This document shows, one piece after another, positions 51,830-63,424 of a DNA stretch of 64,000 nt. The notes beneath the pieces were generated by a model. It was not told where the DNA came from. It did no database searches and saw only the letters and a program-made list of their open reading frames with translations. Position 1 is the first letter of the stretch. Each line of letters starts with the position of its first letter. The DNA comes from Octopus vulgaris. Its lineage: Eukaryota. Where the stretch lies: contig OX597823.1 in NCBI GenBank assembly GCA_951406725.2, positions 36,022,001 through 36,086,000 on the forward strand, written 5' to 3'. The position numbers and the translations under genes are program-made.

Positions 51830-53080
51830 TTTTCAATTAATTTTTGAAAATAAGGAATTTAGTAAAATAACCTTTGTCATTGTTAATTTGGTGTATATTG
51901 AAATAAAATTTCTATGAAAGGTTTCAATTTAGATCATTTAACCCTTTCGTTACTATATTTCTGACCAAATTACACCCCTTATGTGTTTCAATTAATTTCT
52001 AACGTAATCATAAATTTAGTCTGGTTTCATTAAACAACTATAACTTTTTTATTTATCGATATATCAATCTAATTTTTGGAAGATAATTTAATGAAATATT
52101 CTCAACCAATTCTATACTATAATTTTTGTTACAAAGTGACTCTAATTGCAGGTAGATACAGGTAAATTCCACAAAATATAAAATTATTAAAATTTTGTTC
52201 AAACATCGCTATAGAAAATGGGTTATTAGCTAATATTCAATTGGGTATATAACAAAATTTTACGATAGAATTTGTTATTCTGGGTAACTTTCTGATACCC
52301 ATAATAATATTTACGGCAAAATAGTCTTAATTTCATTTAAGGTTGAGGGAAACCACAAACTATCGTTTCTTTTGCTTTGTTTACGTTTAGCGTAACGGTT
52401 CGTCTCCGCTGTAATGATTTCAAATAGGCTCATTCGAAAAAGTAAAAAGAAATAGTCTAAGGCTTTACTCTTCTGGGAAAGTCTGTGGCTTGGTCCAGTT
52501 TCTTCAGAGAAATCACCGAAAGAAACAGTTTTTAAATTTTCACTCCATTCAGGTGCCAATTCGTTTTCTTTATCGCTATCGGAGATCTCAGATTCACTGT
52601 TTTCACTTTCGGAAAATGAAACATCAGATTCATTATCAAATACCACATGCTTTTTTTTTTCAGTCATAGAGTTAGATTTATGAAGGTCTTCAGTAGAAAA
52701 TCCTTCGAATTCTGACTCGCTGCTTGATATAATGAAATTCGTATCCATTTTTTGTCAGAATTACAAATTTTGAAAACACAATAGGAACAAATTTCGGAAA
52801 AAAATCTCCCAAAATTCACGGAATTAAAATTACACTTCGATTATTGTACAAAACTGTAGTTGAACTGTTTACGAAGTATAATACGTGTTTTCACGAATGT
52901 ACTGAAGAGATTTGCTCTGATATTCTCATTTAAATATGAATAGGTAAATTCGGGCGGCTTTGGGCGGTTTGGTTTCATAAACCAAAATTTTGTTCGGGCG
53001 GTTTGGTAACGAAAGGGTTAAAAACAGTAAGTTTGTACCATTGTACCAGGGGCAGTTTCATTGAGGTTTGTATTAAAAAA
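51830..53080. mobile_element. Older piggyBac-type MITE split by the 51942-53017 insertion
   Basis: 51830-51941 (tttcaatta..gaatttagtaaaataac..aaggtttcaatt) plus 53022-53080 (aaacagtaag..ccaggggcagtttc..ggtttgtatt) is colinear with the intact MITE at 61524-61729. Confidence 0.6.
51942..53017 (-). mobile_element. Internally deleted piggyBac transposon
   Basis: TTAA|CCCTTTCGTTAC...GTAACGAAAGGG|TTAA. ORF 52311-52748(-) has an acidic N-terminus plus ALDYFFLLF..LFEIITAETNRYA..WFPSTLNEIK (piggyBac/PGBD N-terminal motif) and is truncated before the catalytic domain. Confidence 0.95.
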
Positions 53081-56000
53081 AATCAGAACTGCTCTAAACT
53101 GTATATGACTGGCATATAATTAGGTCAGTCATGGTTATATGGCAAGTTTAAAAGTTTATGTACTATCATACGTAGTTGAGTTATGTTTTTATCATTGGAA
53201 GCTCTTTTACTACTTATTTTCATTTTGAACTACTTAGTATCTATTAATATATTCAATTTACATGGACCTATTAAAACAGCAGGGTAATTGATTTTGCAAT
53301 CATAAATATAGTTGATTAAAAGCTCAGATATTCCAGTTGATTTTGTTACTCTTTGTATTGCAGTAATGAATTATGTCTTATGTTCAAGAGTAGTGTGTAA
53401 TTTTGGTGGTCATTTTTTAAAAATAAAAATAAGGTTTGACTATAATAGACTTCATAAGTTTAAATTATTCTCAGATAGTTGATTACATATATTCTCATTA
53501 GCATTCCTCAAAGACTTGTTTACATGCATAAAGCAAATTGCTGTATATTGAGTAATGAAATGTATGATAAACATTGATATTACAAAATAACACTCAAAGC
53601 ATTGTGAACATTTCCACAAGCAACTTTTTCCTCTTCATTTTCCTTCAGCACATCCCTGCTTTTATACTGCTCTTTTTCTCTTATGTGTGTGTAATAAACC
53701 CTGTTTATACTAAAATTGCAACATTGTAGTCTACAAGCACTTTGTTGGAGATCTTGGATTGCACTTGTTCAGTACTGATAGTTAACATTATGCACTTATG
53801 TTGCAACCAAGACCTGACTATATGCAACATAACTTGACAGCTACAACCAGCATAGTGCAAGACCAGTGGTTATCAGACTGTTTGGTCTCATGGTACATTG
53901 GAGATCAAATAAAAACATTACTTGTACATTCTGCAAGGAAAGTGTTTTTTAAAAAAACTGTCTTAAATGAAAAAATTTTTAAAAACTATAAAAGTAGTTC
54001 ATAATTGGCTTCATGAATCACATTTATAATTAAATTATAACACATCTTCAAGAGACTCAACATTTAGTATGGAGTTTCTAAAGCTATCTTTAGCATGTAG
54101 TTTCTAAAACTAGATCCTTTTAGTGGCACATCTTTTGATAGCCACTGTTATAATGTGTACTGTTTCGCACATTCAGCAAGTGTGTAATTTTGGGCATACT
54201 GAAAGTGATTGCAGTAGCTTCGTAACAAAGAATTTGTGTAAGCATAAGGCCTATGTGAATGTTGATTGATCCTTTTGGGTCCAATTCTGATGAGTAAACT
54301 GTTTCAATTATCAGTAATCAACATTTTAGAAATTTTGTCACATATCTTTGCAACTTGATATATTTTATGGTGATGTTGGCCAACTGGAATCTGTGTATCA
54401 TTCTTATGAGATTTTGAGAAGAATTTAATACATAACTATGAGCATTTTAGTTTGGGCCTGAGTTGATATAACCAGACCTGAATTAACTCTAAAAAGATGA
54501 GAACCAAAATTAAGAATTGTTTGAAAGAAAGAAATTGCCTGACAATGTTATTTGTAGAGTTAATACTAATAACAGTGCTGATTTGTTTTTGTATTGTAGT
54601 CATTGTGTATATTTGTGTTACTTTAATTTGGCCATTCACAAGTTTTTGTTCCTTCTTAACCATTACTGTCTGGAAGAGGTTTAAATGATTATTTAAATTT
54701 TCTTGACATTATGGTTCTGCATGTGATCTTATTTTAATTTCACAAATGCTTTATTATGTTTAGTGATCCACACACAATTATAATCAGGTTGTTTACAAAA
54801 AATTTAATAACTAACTCTTTTGAGTGTTCAGGTTGACCTTATAAATAAAGTATTCAGTAAAACTAACTGTAGGTTTTAAGGTTGAAAGCATAAAGACGGA
54901 TTGTTCTTTTACTGGTTGAATTGAAATTGTGCAACTGATGTTGATGCACAAAATCCTGATAAACATCGTTGAAAAAATGGTTTTGCTTTGTATTCAAGAT
55001 TAGGTTTGAATTTAATACTGTGTAACTAGTACTAAAAATGGGTACAAAAGGTGCAAGAGCTAAACAAGTTAATGCTTAGGGCCATCAGATTTTGTATAGC
55101 TTAGGATTTCATCTAAATCCATCTTCTACAAAGATGATTTTTAAAAATATATATTTGAAGTAATGTTTCCCTTCAAAGCTGGAAGCTTTTCTTTCTACTG
55201 ACCACATAACTATGACTTAACATCCAATTTCAATGAAGTAGACTACAATAGGAAGTCATGCTTCTTCATTTTGGGAGGCAGTAAACTGGATTAAAATTTT
55301 AAAGTTGGTAATCACTATCGCAAATTTAATTTTCCAGTATTTTCTAGAAGCTTAAATTATGAATTAATATTTAAATCACATTCTATAGTCAGTAGGCATA
55401 TGTAGACATTAAGTTGACTTGGATATTAACATTGCTCATATTTTCTGTTTCAGTTTCTCTTTTGCATTGATCATTGTCATGTATCGTACACTTTTGTAGC
55501 ATGTTGATGACACTACAATGAAAATCTCTAAGCAAGAGTTCTCTCATCGGATGAAACCATAGTGTTACTTTGTCTCTCTTGGGCAGAGATATTGGGGTGG
55601 TTTGTCATTGCCTTTCCAAACTGGATAGCTGTTGCCCCACAAAGAGCTCATCCACCTTTTGACAGGTCTTGTGTTTAGTCTTACTGAGTGACCAGACACC
55701 GTCCTTACATGAGTAGCTAGCTACTCAGGTGGAGAGGAGGACAGTTTAGTCACTGACCACTCAACCATAGAACAAATACTCGTTTACATGATACCAGTAA
55801 CAGATTTCATCAGCCTGTTGAGGTTCCTATTGCCCATACAAGAACAGATTGATTTTGGAAAAATTGTTTTTCATGTTTTATTACAAATTTTTAAATCTAT
55901 AAGAATAAGATTTTGTGTTTTTTAAGTGCTTACTTATCCAGACTTTTTATTTTTCTCTATCAACATTACTTAGAGTAATGACTAACACTACTGTGTGAGA

Positions 56001-56398
56001 GTTGTTTTGCCAGGTGTGTGTGTGTGTCACAGTCATCATCATTTGACATCCTGTTTTCCATATGGACATGTGCTGGGATTATGCATGTAATTTTTAATGG
56101 CTTAGAGATTGGGTGGAGAGGGATCAGTTTCGATATCTCTTTCATGATTTCTAAGACTAGTGGCAGGAGGTTATCCTCAAACTAGAGACCCAACTTGTAC
56201 TTGCTGCAGAGTAGACTATATAAAGCCAAAAGGAGTCAGGTTATGATTTTAAACCTGGAGGTAATTTACCCCTCAACAACAAAATAAGTTCCTCTAATAG
56301 ACTTGCACAGAGTTTCTATTTACCAAATTCCACTCACAAGACCATGGTCAAAGTGCCACACACAGCAAATCTGAAACCATGTACTTGTGAAGCAAACT

Positions 56399-56435
<37 letters not shown>

Positions 56436-56631
56436 CCAACCATAATGATTTGGAAAAATGAGATGTAAATACTCTACTTATCCTCAATCAATGATGAAAG
56501 AATTTTTGTTATAGCAGAAACATGATATTGTAGTGGTTGATGCAATCTATGCTACAATTTAATCATGCTTTGTGTTGTATGTTCAGATATATTTTTGTTA
56601 ATTTCTTTATAATTTCTGTTCAATTTTGTAG

Positions 56632-56724
56632 CCAACCCAGGAGCAAATCCGTATTGCTCAAATGATTGAAGACAGAACAGAAAATGAAGATCGTGCTAAT
56701 CGTAAGATTGAAAAAATTGAACAG
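56632..56724 (+). CDS. UBAP2L: UBAP2/UBAP2L/lingerer orthologue, coding exon 2
   Basis: ttttgtag|PTQEQIRIAQMIEDRTENEDRANRKIEKIEQ|gtaaac. Contains the family signature T.EQIR.AQMI. Phase 0-0, 93 nt. Confidence 0.95.
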
Positions 56725-57266
56725 GTAAACTACATATTTAAATAAATAAAAACTAGATAAAAGAAACTTAACTTTCTTTGTATATCCAAGACTTACTCTA
56801 TTTCTGTGATTCTAACATCATTTGTGACTTCTGCTTCAGATGTGGTATTCAAATGATTTAAATATGACCCATTGTGGAGTACTTTTATATATGTATTAGT
56901 ATATTTCATCTAAATCTGTCATGGTTTTCTCCTCCTTGTCTCTTGTCTCACTCCCATTCTTTTTGTCCTCTCTTACACTGACATTGCTCATTTCACCTCT
57001 ACTCTTCTACAACCTCCCTCTTTCTTGCAATCTCTTTTTCCTTCCCTGTGTTTTGATATAAAACATAATTGTATTGAGAATTTTGTTCTAAATTCATAGC
57101 TAAGTTGTTTTTTTTCCTCCCTCCCTCACTTTCTCCCCATATATGGTTGAGGCCCTTTAGTGTCTACTAGTCCATTCCTCTTTTGAGCGTAGTCCAATAG
57201 ATTGCTTTTTAACATTTGTAAAAGCAGTTAGCATTAGTTTTTCTCCCTCTTGTATGTTTCATTCAG

Positions 57267-57377
57267 GTAATGGAAGCCTCTGGCAAAACCTATGATGAGG
57301 CTGCTGTGGCTTTACACGATGCCGAATTTGATCCCGAGAAAGCCGTCATCATGCTGCTAGAAGGTGAAAACGACCAA
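57267..57377 (+). CDS. UBAP2L: UBAP2/UBAP2L/lingerer orthologue, coding exon 3 (UBA domain)
   Basis: attcag|VMEASGKTYDEAAVALHDAEFDPEKAVIMLLEGENDQ|gtaagt matches the UBAP2L UBA TGKNQDECVIALHDCNGDVNRAINVLLEG. Phase 0-0, 111 nt. Confidence 0.96.
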
Positions 57378-60300
57378 GTAAGTTAACAAAAATTAGTTTC
57401 ATTTACTACCTATATTGCTATTTTTGCTAATAAACTGTTCATTTATATTTCACTTATCTTAAATTAGAATTTTCTTTCAACCCTATGGCTTCTTTCTCTT
57501 TTCATTTTCTTTAGCCTTATCTGCGAAATAAACTCTTAGAACAAGGGAGCCTTAATGTAGATGCTTGAACTGCTACACTTAACAGCCAAATTTCCCTAAA
57601 AAATCAGAAATTAATGGCTGGAGGGAGTGTTTTTGATCATTTTCTGTCTACTAGATCCATTCACAAGGCTTTGGTTTGTTCAGTGCTTTAGTAGAAAACA
57701 CTTTGCTAAGGTGCCATGCAGTGGGACTGAATCCAAAACCACATGGGTGTTTCCTCTTACAAGACACTTGTTTCTATCCCTCTATCATACTTTATCCTCT
57801 CATCACCTGACATAAAGTACAACACTCCTTCACTTGAAGGGTCTTGTTTTGTGAGTTACTTAGTGACCTCACTTGTACTAGTGTCACACAAAATGTACTC
57901 AGTACACTCTGTGAAGTGATTGGTGTTAGGAAGGACATCCTGTTGTAGAAACCATGCAAAAGCAGACATGGGGTTATATAACTCCATATCAATCAAAGCT
58001 TTGTGGCTGTGTGGTTTCAGATTTAGCCTCAATGTATGGCACTTTGGGAAAGTGTCTTCTGGGCTGAACAAAGCCTTGTGAGTAGATTTGGTAGACAGAA
58101 ACTGAAAGAAGCCCACTATGTCATCATCACTAATATATCTACTACCAGATGCTTTTCCTGTCACCAACTCTCATCTATTACTAAGTAAGATATTTCTCCA
58201 TGGCCAGACATGTTTTTGTAGAATATTGCACATGAACGAGTGATATTCATTTGCAAATATGAAATGTCAAGAGAAGGAAATACAAACATATACACACTCA
58301 TGCACAACAAGTTTCTTTCAGTTTCCCTCTCCTAAATCCATTCACAAGTTGGCCCAAGGCTATAGTACAAGACCTTTGCCCAAACTACCACATATTGGAA
58401 CTGGTCTTAAAACCCTATGGTTAGGAAGCAAACTTCTTAACCATGCCTGTGCCTGTATATGTTAACTGTCTTCTTATTTTGACATCGCAAGATAGCTGTA
58501 AACAAGCATCACCGTTCTACAAGTTGTGTCCTTTGTTTTTAATCTTCTATGGAAACCTGTCTGACCCTGGGGGAATCTTATTTTATCTGGAAACAGATGA
58601 GGGTCGATGACAGGAAAGGCATTTGGCTGTAGAGAATTACCTCAGTGAATTCCATCTGATGCTTACAAGCATACAAAAGTGGACATTAAAACAATGATGA
58701 TGATTCCAGAATTACAGTTTTTGAAACTCTTTGACAAATTCAGCATTAAAAACCAAATTCCCAGCATGTTCCTAATTAACCAGTCCTGAACTCTTATAGA
58801 TTCTTATATCTTGTAGCTGAGCATCTTCCTGTACTTTACATTCTTCACTGAACTTACCAATAGATATAGTTTCAGATTCTTCAACCCATTTCATCAATGC
58901 CTTTTTCTCTTTTAGCACCCACATCACCAAACAATGTGTAAGTTAACCTGGAAAAGGCTTCTTAACTAAAAAATTGTTTTTCACTAAAAGCTTATAGTTG
59001 TAAAGTTGTGTAACTAGTAGTATATAATTAAAAAGATCTGAAGCTCAGTGTAGCCAAACCAAGAGTTTCGATTAGTAATAGAATGACAGTACCATGAGAG
59101 AAATAGTATTTTTGATATCTATATTTATAAAAGGTAGGGTGTGTGTGTACATGAATGTAATTTATGCATGTCCACAACTTAGCACACATGTCGCCCCAAT
59201 TTTAGGAGGATATTCGTCACGATCCTAGCTGGGTTTTGCCAACTTATTTTTCCTGGGGCATACACGAATAGCGGTAAAAATCGATTTTCAACCATAACTT
59301 TTACCAAATTTGAAGTTGGCAAACATGAGTTAAGTCCCCGTCTTGCCATAGCGAAGTGAATGTGCATGTGTGTGTGTGAGGGAGAGAGAGTTCGACAGCG
59401 TTTAACAAAAAAAAAATGTAAAGAGAAAATGTGTGTGAGGAATAGTATGACAGCGTTCATCAAAAATAAAAATGTAAAATTCTTTTTTTTTTTTTTTTTT
59501 TCTTAAACACAAGATATAGTCTTCAAATTTAGGATGTTTTTAAAAGACACTATATTTTAAAATCAGAATATATATACTTTCTCACAACAATTAAAATATA
59601 TTTATTTTAAATCACTTATTTATCTATAAAAGGCAGGATCTGTGTGTGTGTGCGAATGTGAATGTAATTTATGCACGTCCACAAATTAGCGCACAAGTCG
59701 CTAAAATTTTAGGACATTGGTCACGATCGTGGCTGTGTTTTTGTCAACTTATTTTCCCTGAGGCACCTGCAGCTAGTGGTAAAAATCGATAACTTTTACC
59801 AATTTCCACGTCAGTGAAATCTGTAAGTTTGCTAATATGAGTTAAGTCACCTGTCTAGCAATGGCAAGAAAGAAAAAACAAAGGGTAAATTCTTAGATTA
59901 ACACCCGCACGATTTTCACTAAGAAAAAATAGGATAAATTTAGATTTTTGCGTGGAATCCAGTACCCCGGCCGCCTATTATGCTGCAAATCCCTTATTTT
60001 GGTTTGGCAAAACGGGGGGCAGGGCAAGGGGGACCCTCCCTTTCCCCAACTTGGAATCATTGGAAATTTGTTTTCTTCATTGAATGGAATATGACCTAAT
60101 ATGCTACAAAACCCTTTTTGGGGTCCGAAAAACGTGGTGGGGGGGATGTTGAAGCCTCGGAAATTTCAACCCACCCTCATTGATCTTTGCACCCATATGA
60201 TTTTCACTAAGGAAAAAAAATATATAAACCAGTTTTTTTTTTTTTTTTTCCATGAAATCAAGTACCCTGACCTAATATACTGCAAATTTTCGTTCGGAAA

Positions 60301-60495
60301 AAAAAGGTGTGGGACGAGGGCCCCTCCCATCAGAATCATTGGGAATTTTTTTTCTTTTCATTGAATGAATTCCTGTAACCTAATATGCTACAAAATCCTT
60401 TTTGAGGTCCAAAAAATGGGGTGGAAGCCTCAGAAATTTTACCCCCTCCCAACATTTTACAGAAATAAATTTTCCAGAGTGTGAATTACATGGTT

Positions 60496-60710
60496 CATCA
60501 TCATCATCATCATCATTTAGCGTCCGCTTTCCATGCTAGCATGGGTTGGACGGTTCAACTGGGGTCTGTGAAGCTGGAAGGCTTCGTCAGGCCCAGTCAG
60601 ATCTGGCAGTGTTTCTACGGCTGGATGCCCTTCCTAACGCCAACCACTCCGTGAGTGTAGTGGGTGCTTTTTACGTGCCACCCGCACAGGTGCCAGACAG
60701 AGCTGGCAAA
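60496..60710 (-). mobile_element. Young SINE 3' part nested in the Helitron
   Basis: (CAT)n tail then ttagcgtccgctttccatgctagcatgggttggacgg..ggatgcccttcctaacgccaaccactcc. Reverse complement of the 6025-6323 family with CpGs retained. Confidence 0.9.
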
Positions 60711-61523
60711 TGTTATTAAATATATATATATAGTAGAGAATGTGAGATATTGTGCGGTTGTGTGTGTATATATAACACCCTGCAAACCTTCAATGCATCC
60801 TTGACTGATAGTACCCCTAGGAGTGGTTAGGTCTAGGTTGGGATTAGTAACTGCCTTTCAGAGGCTCCTGAGCCCACTTTCGCTAGGTTAGCTTAGGCTT
60901 AGTTGTGATCCGAACATAACCTCTTCTGGCACAGAGGATCGGGAGCCCTTTTGGGTGTTCTATTTTCCTTGCTGGAAGGGCTCCCAACCCATGGGCCCAA
61001 GTGGGTTAGGTGATGAGTGAGGTGGTTTTGAAAGGGCCAGCATGTGCAACCTGATCACCTGCTGGTCAAACTCCCAACCCACGCGTTCCCGTCGCGGCAC
61101 TGATTCTGCAGAACTGGGTTGGGTGTGAAAACCAACTTTAAAGTATAAATATAGATTTTTTGAATCAGCATTGTTGTGTTTGGTTAAGTCCTATTTGAAG
61201 TGAAAAATCAATAAACTGATTCCTTATGGGATTTCTCACTAAAATTGGCTACACCCCATTTTCAATCTTAACTTTTACCAATTTTGATGTATTTTGTTCA
61301 AACTTGATGCCGGTGTTACTTAGGAGTCATGGGATCTTTGAATGCTTTAAGTTCTCAAAGAAAAAGTGGAAAAAATCAATGAACCGATTCCTTATGGGAT
61401 TTCCCAATCAAATTGTCTGCAACCCGTTTTCAGCCAAATGTTTACCAATTTCAATGAATTTTGCTCAAATGTGACATCAATATTACTTAGTTTGGTTTGA
61501 AACAAAGCGCTTTATTAGCTTAA

Positions 61524-61729
61524 CCCTTTTGTTACTGTATTTATTTTGAGATGCTCTGTGTTTCTTTCAATTACTTTAAATATGACAAAGAATTTAGTAA
61601 AATAACTTAGTTATCATTTAGCTATTGTTAGGAACATAAATTGTGACTAAGGTTTGGTGGAAGATTTTAATTGAAAACTTATGAAAACAAGATCTAGAGC
61701 CGGTTTCAGCCGGGTTGGTAACGAAAGGA
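61524..61729. mobile_element. piggyBac-type MITE (206 bp)
   Basis: TTAA|CCCTTTTGTTAC...GTAACGAAAGGA|TTAA. TIRs nearly identical to those of 51942-53017. Confidence 0.88.
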
Positions 61730-63105
61730 TTAATAATCCTTACTTAATCCTGGGCAATGCCGAGCTATACAGCTAGTGTAGGAAAAGAGATAATCTGCTA
61801 CTGAAGCAATAGGCTGAATAGCAAGAAGATGCTATAAGATCTGTTGCCAGATGGACAAAGTTAGGATTTGAGATGCACAAATGTAGTTCTCAGTAGGAAC
61901 AGCTGAAGTTCATGAACTGTTCAGATGACCTGCTAGATATTACTAGTTTATTTTACTTGGGAGACCTAATTAGTAGGGGGTGAGGTTATAATTAGTGTTG
62001 TGACTAGAATATGAGTACACTGAGTTGAAAGAGCTGTTGGCTATAGTGATTCATACTCTATACAAAAGGCAGGCATGTAATGATATGCAAGGTAATTTAT
62101 TCAAATGAAATAGCTTGTTGTTGTTTTGAGGGGAGTGGCATGAATTTTGAGAATAGCAACACTTGGTGTCAGTCATCTCTCAGGATAACTAAAAGAAAGG
62201 AGTGGTCATCTATTCAGTCTCAGCTGATTTTTGCATTTTAGTGAGTAGAGATGTGCAGAGATAAGAGGAAGAGATGGAGTTAGGGTGGGGTTAGCTCAGT
62301 ACATCATTTCATGCTTTCCATGCTGGCATGTGTTGGACAAGTTACTGCTCTCTTAGCTATCAGAGACTGTCTGTCTCTTAACCTTTAGCATAGTTTCTAT
62401 GGTTAGATGCTCTTCCAAATGCCATCTCCATTTCAGTTTATGATGGAAAAGATAACAACACATTGCCTTGTCCTTGGCAAGATTAAAGTACTCTCTCTTC
62501 TACATGTAGTAGCTGAGCAAGAAACTTAGAGCAAGAGAGTAATAGAGAAGAAATAATGATGGGGTAGGGGGCAGTGATAAAGAACCTGAGAATTATAGGG
62601 AAAGTAGTTGCAGAATAGAAGTGAGTAATGGTAAGAGTGATAAGACAGGATAATTTGAGAACAAGAGAGAATGATGACTTCTAATAAAGAAACGTGCCAC
62701 ATCTATTTTGTCATGCATTTGGACAGGTCTTGTCTAGTACTGTATCTCATCACTTGTCATGATTCTTGGAAATCTCCGTGTAGAGTTCAGCCTATTAAGA
62801 TGAGTTCCTTATTCACAAAACTGGCATTATTATTATGAAAAATCCAAGGTTAACTGGTCATTTTGTTTATTAGGTTACTCTGCTGTAATTGTATTTCTCA
62901 CTATATTGGTCTTAAGTTTCATGATTCAGTGATGTTATGAAACTCTTATACAATATCGTAGAACTATTTTTACTATAACATAGATATATCTGCTAGAATG
63001 TACTCACTGAATATTTAGTTATTTCAAACTGGTATTTTCATTGACCCATTATTATATATTGACAAGAAATGGTTGCTCTAAATTGTGAGATCTCTTCTAT
63101 TGCAG

Positions 63106-63424
63106 GGTGAGTGGAAAGAGTCTGGAAAGAAAAAGAAACGCACCAATACTGCTGCTGCCTCCACTCCTAAGTCAGAACCTGTCTCCAATCATATTTCTGA
63201 AAACAGATCAGAGATTCGGGAACGTAGTAAAGATTGTGAACATCGCACAGCTGACAGAGCTGAGTTTGGACATAGGCGTGCACGACGCACTGGACCTGTT
63301 GCACCAAGACATGCACGTTCCAGAGGAAGAGACAGAAGTGACTTCCGAGAAAACAAAGAAAATGAAGATGAAAGTAATGAAGATGGTGGCAGAGAACGTA
63401 ACTTTGGAAGAGGTCGAGGAAGAG
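63106..63424 (+). CDS. UBAP2L: UBAP2/UBAP2L/lingerer orthologue, coding exon 4 (RG-rich region); gene continues beyond window
   Basis: ttgcag|GEWKESGKKKK..SRGRDRSDFRENKENED..NFGRGRGR G|gtaaat, paralleling UBAP2L SWEMVGKKK..SRGREFRGQEN..GRGRGRGRG. Phase 0-1. Confidence 0.92.

Larger units (their letters stand above)
59118..61776 (+). mobile_element. Composite non-autonomous Helitron (intronic)
   Basis: A|TCTATATTTATAAAAG 5' end. Subterminal hairpin cctgggcaatgccgag followed by CTAG|T at 61773-61777. No TSD, inserted between A and T. The 5' ~230 bp is repeated from ~59620. Confidence 0.8.

Noticed and set aside
61010-61103. Box C (GTGATGA) and box D (CTGA) pair suggesting an intronic snoRNA
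   Set aside because: No terminal stem, no recognisable rRNA-complementary guide, and it lies inside a mobile element. Kept only as part of the structured-RNA finding.
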